A stretch of 60,438 nt of DNA, taken from contig NIVC01001254.1 in the NCBI GenBank assembly GCA_002269645.1, forward strand, positions 1-60,438, in the 5' to 3' direction. Source of the DNA: Macrostomum lignano. Its lineage: Eukaryota. The notes under the pieces are model-generated. The model was not told the origin of the DNA. It worked only from the letters and a program-made list of their open reading frames with translations, and did no database searches. A program made the position numbers and the translations under genes. Numbering within the stretch: position 1 is the stretch's first letter; every line of letters starts with the position of its first letter. This document shows, in pieces, positions 59,270 through 60,438 of this stretch.

Positions 59270-60339
59270 TCTTCACTCGAGTTATTAAATGTTATTAATT
59301 CAAATTATTAAATGTGATTTTACAAACTGAACACAAAGACCAACAGTAACTTTTTCAGGAACAAACGTGCAGAGTTGTTTGTTTTTTATTCAATTTGAAA
59401 GACGAATCGATTCTGTAAGTTCAACTTTTCGATAGTTTATGCCAAAAAAGATATATAACTTCTCTTGCCGTTTTGACAGAATTGTTTTTCAACTTTGCTC
59501 AACTTTTTGCTGTCTTAATATATCCAAGCTGTTTTATTGGGTCACGGAGTTTTAAGTACGTGATCTGGGAGTGGAAACTGACGCTTATGAAGTTTAAATC
59601 ACAATCAATACACAATAGAGTACACACTATCTGACGATAAGACATATTCGGGGTGCTCCGGGCTCAGCTGTGTGGTCATGCTTGAGTACGAGTACCTTCT
59701 CGCTTGGCTGACTAGCACTCATACCGCCCTAAAAATAACTAAAAAACTTGTGATATCTGTGATCCTTTTGGCAGTCAGTTTCTATTCCAGAGTTTTGTTC
59801 CTTGGTACTTCGGGACTGCGTTGCACTGCCACACTTACTTGTCGCTTTCAGACAGACCGCGATTCTGCCTCGCTTTAATTTTACTGATGCCGCTGTTCAG
59901 ATTCTGGATGCCCGGCATAAAGTATTCCAAATCGTTTATCCCGATGTGTCTTGTCTTTTGGAAAGCCTTACATTTTTTAACTTCTCAACCAATTGCTATT
60001 ACAGATTTTTGTACAACATTTCCTTGCTTCAATGACCAATTTTTGATACGTTTTCTTATTACCAAGCTATACATGTGAAAAAAATCTTTGAAACATTCCT
60101 TTTGCTTTTTACAAGTACTTTTGTGCTAATTTTTTAAAAATGTAATTAAAAATTAAACTAACTCTGCAGATTGTTTTTTGTTTAAATGTTTTTAAATAAT
60201 CCTTACTTCACACTATAAAAGTTCAAATTGAACTATTTTTAACTTTGAATTTCTTAAATTGTCTTTTTGAATTTCAAATACGGGGTTGAGTTTTTTCCTA
60301 TTATCTTATCAAATAATTTTTTTAATAATTTTTTAATAC

Positions 60340-60438
60340 TGTCTCACATGATGTCTCACGTGATCACAGAGTATGTCTCACGTGATCACAGAGTATGTCT
60401 CACATGATTACAGAGAATGTCTCGCATGATCACAGAGA
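60340..60438. repeat. 22-bp minisatellite (GTCTCACGTGATCACAGAGTAT)n, runs off the window
   Basis: About 4 tandem copies at the right edge. Confidence 0.85.

Overview
Eukaryotic (animal) genomic DNA that is repeat-rich, with GT-AG introns and the standard genetic code. GC-rich exons, many unrelated mini/microsatellites and innexin suggest an invertebrate, possibly a free-living flatworm such as Macrostomum (inference only). Nine recognisable genes were reconstructed by hand. They are an intronless, frameshifted nuclear receptor with an atypical P-box; an 8-exon Gyc88E-like atypical soluble guanylyl cyclase; a Tctex1-domain dynein light chain (one frameshift); an intronless SLC26 transporter; a 5-exon tubby gene; a 3-exon innexin; a 3-exon PNT+ETS (SPDEF-like) factor; and two tandem PARG paralogs. 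There is also a small secreted Cys-rich ORF. The most striking observation is a 7.1-kb head-to-tail pair of non-autonomous Helitron-like elements (10144-17274) inserted between the last two bases (A|T) of cyclase exon 3. It moves the native GT donor 7.1 kb away, while the element's own 5' end offers an in-frame cryptic donor. The two elements share one architecture but carry different internal minisatellites next to a tRNA-like segment. Most long ORFs in the supplied track are translations of tandem repeats.
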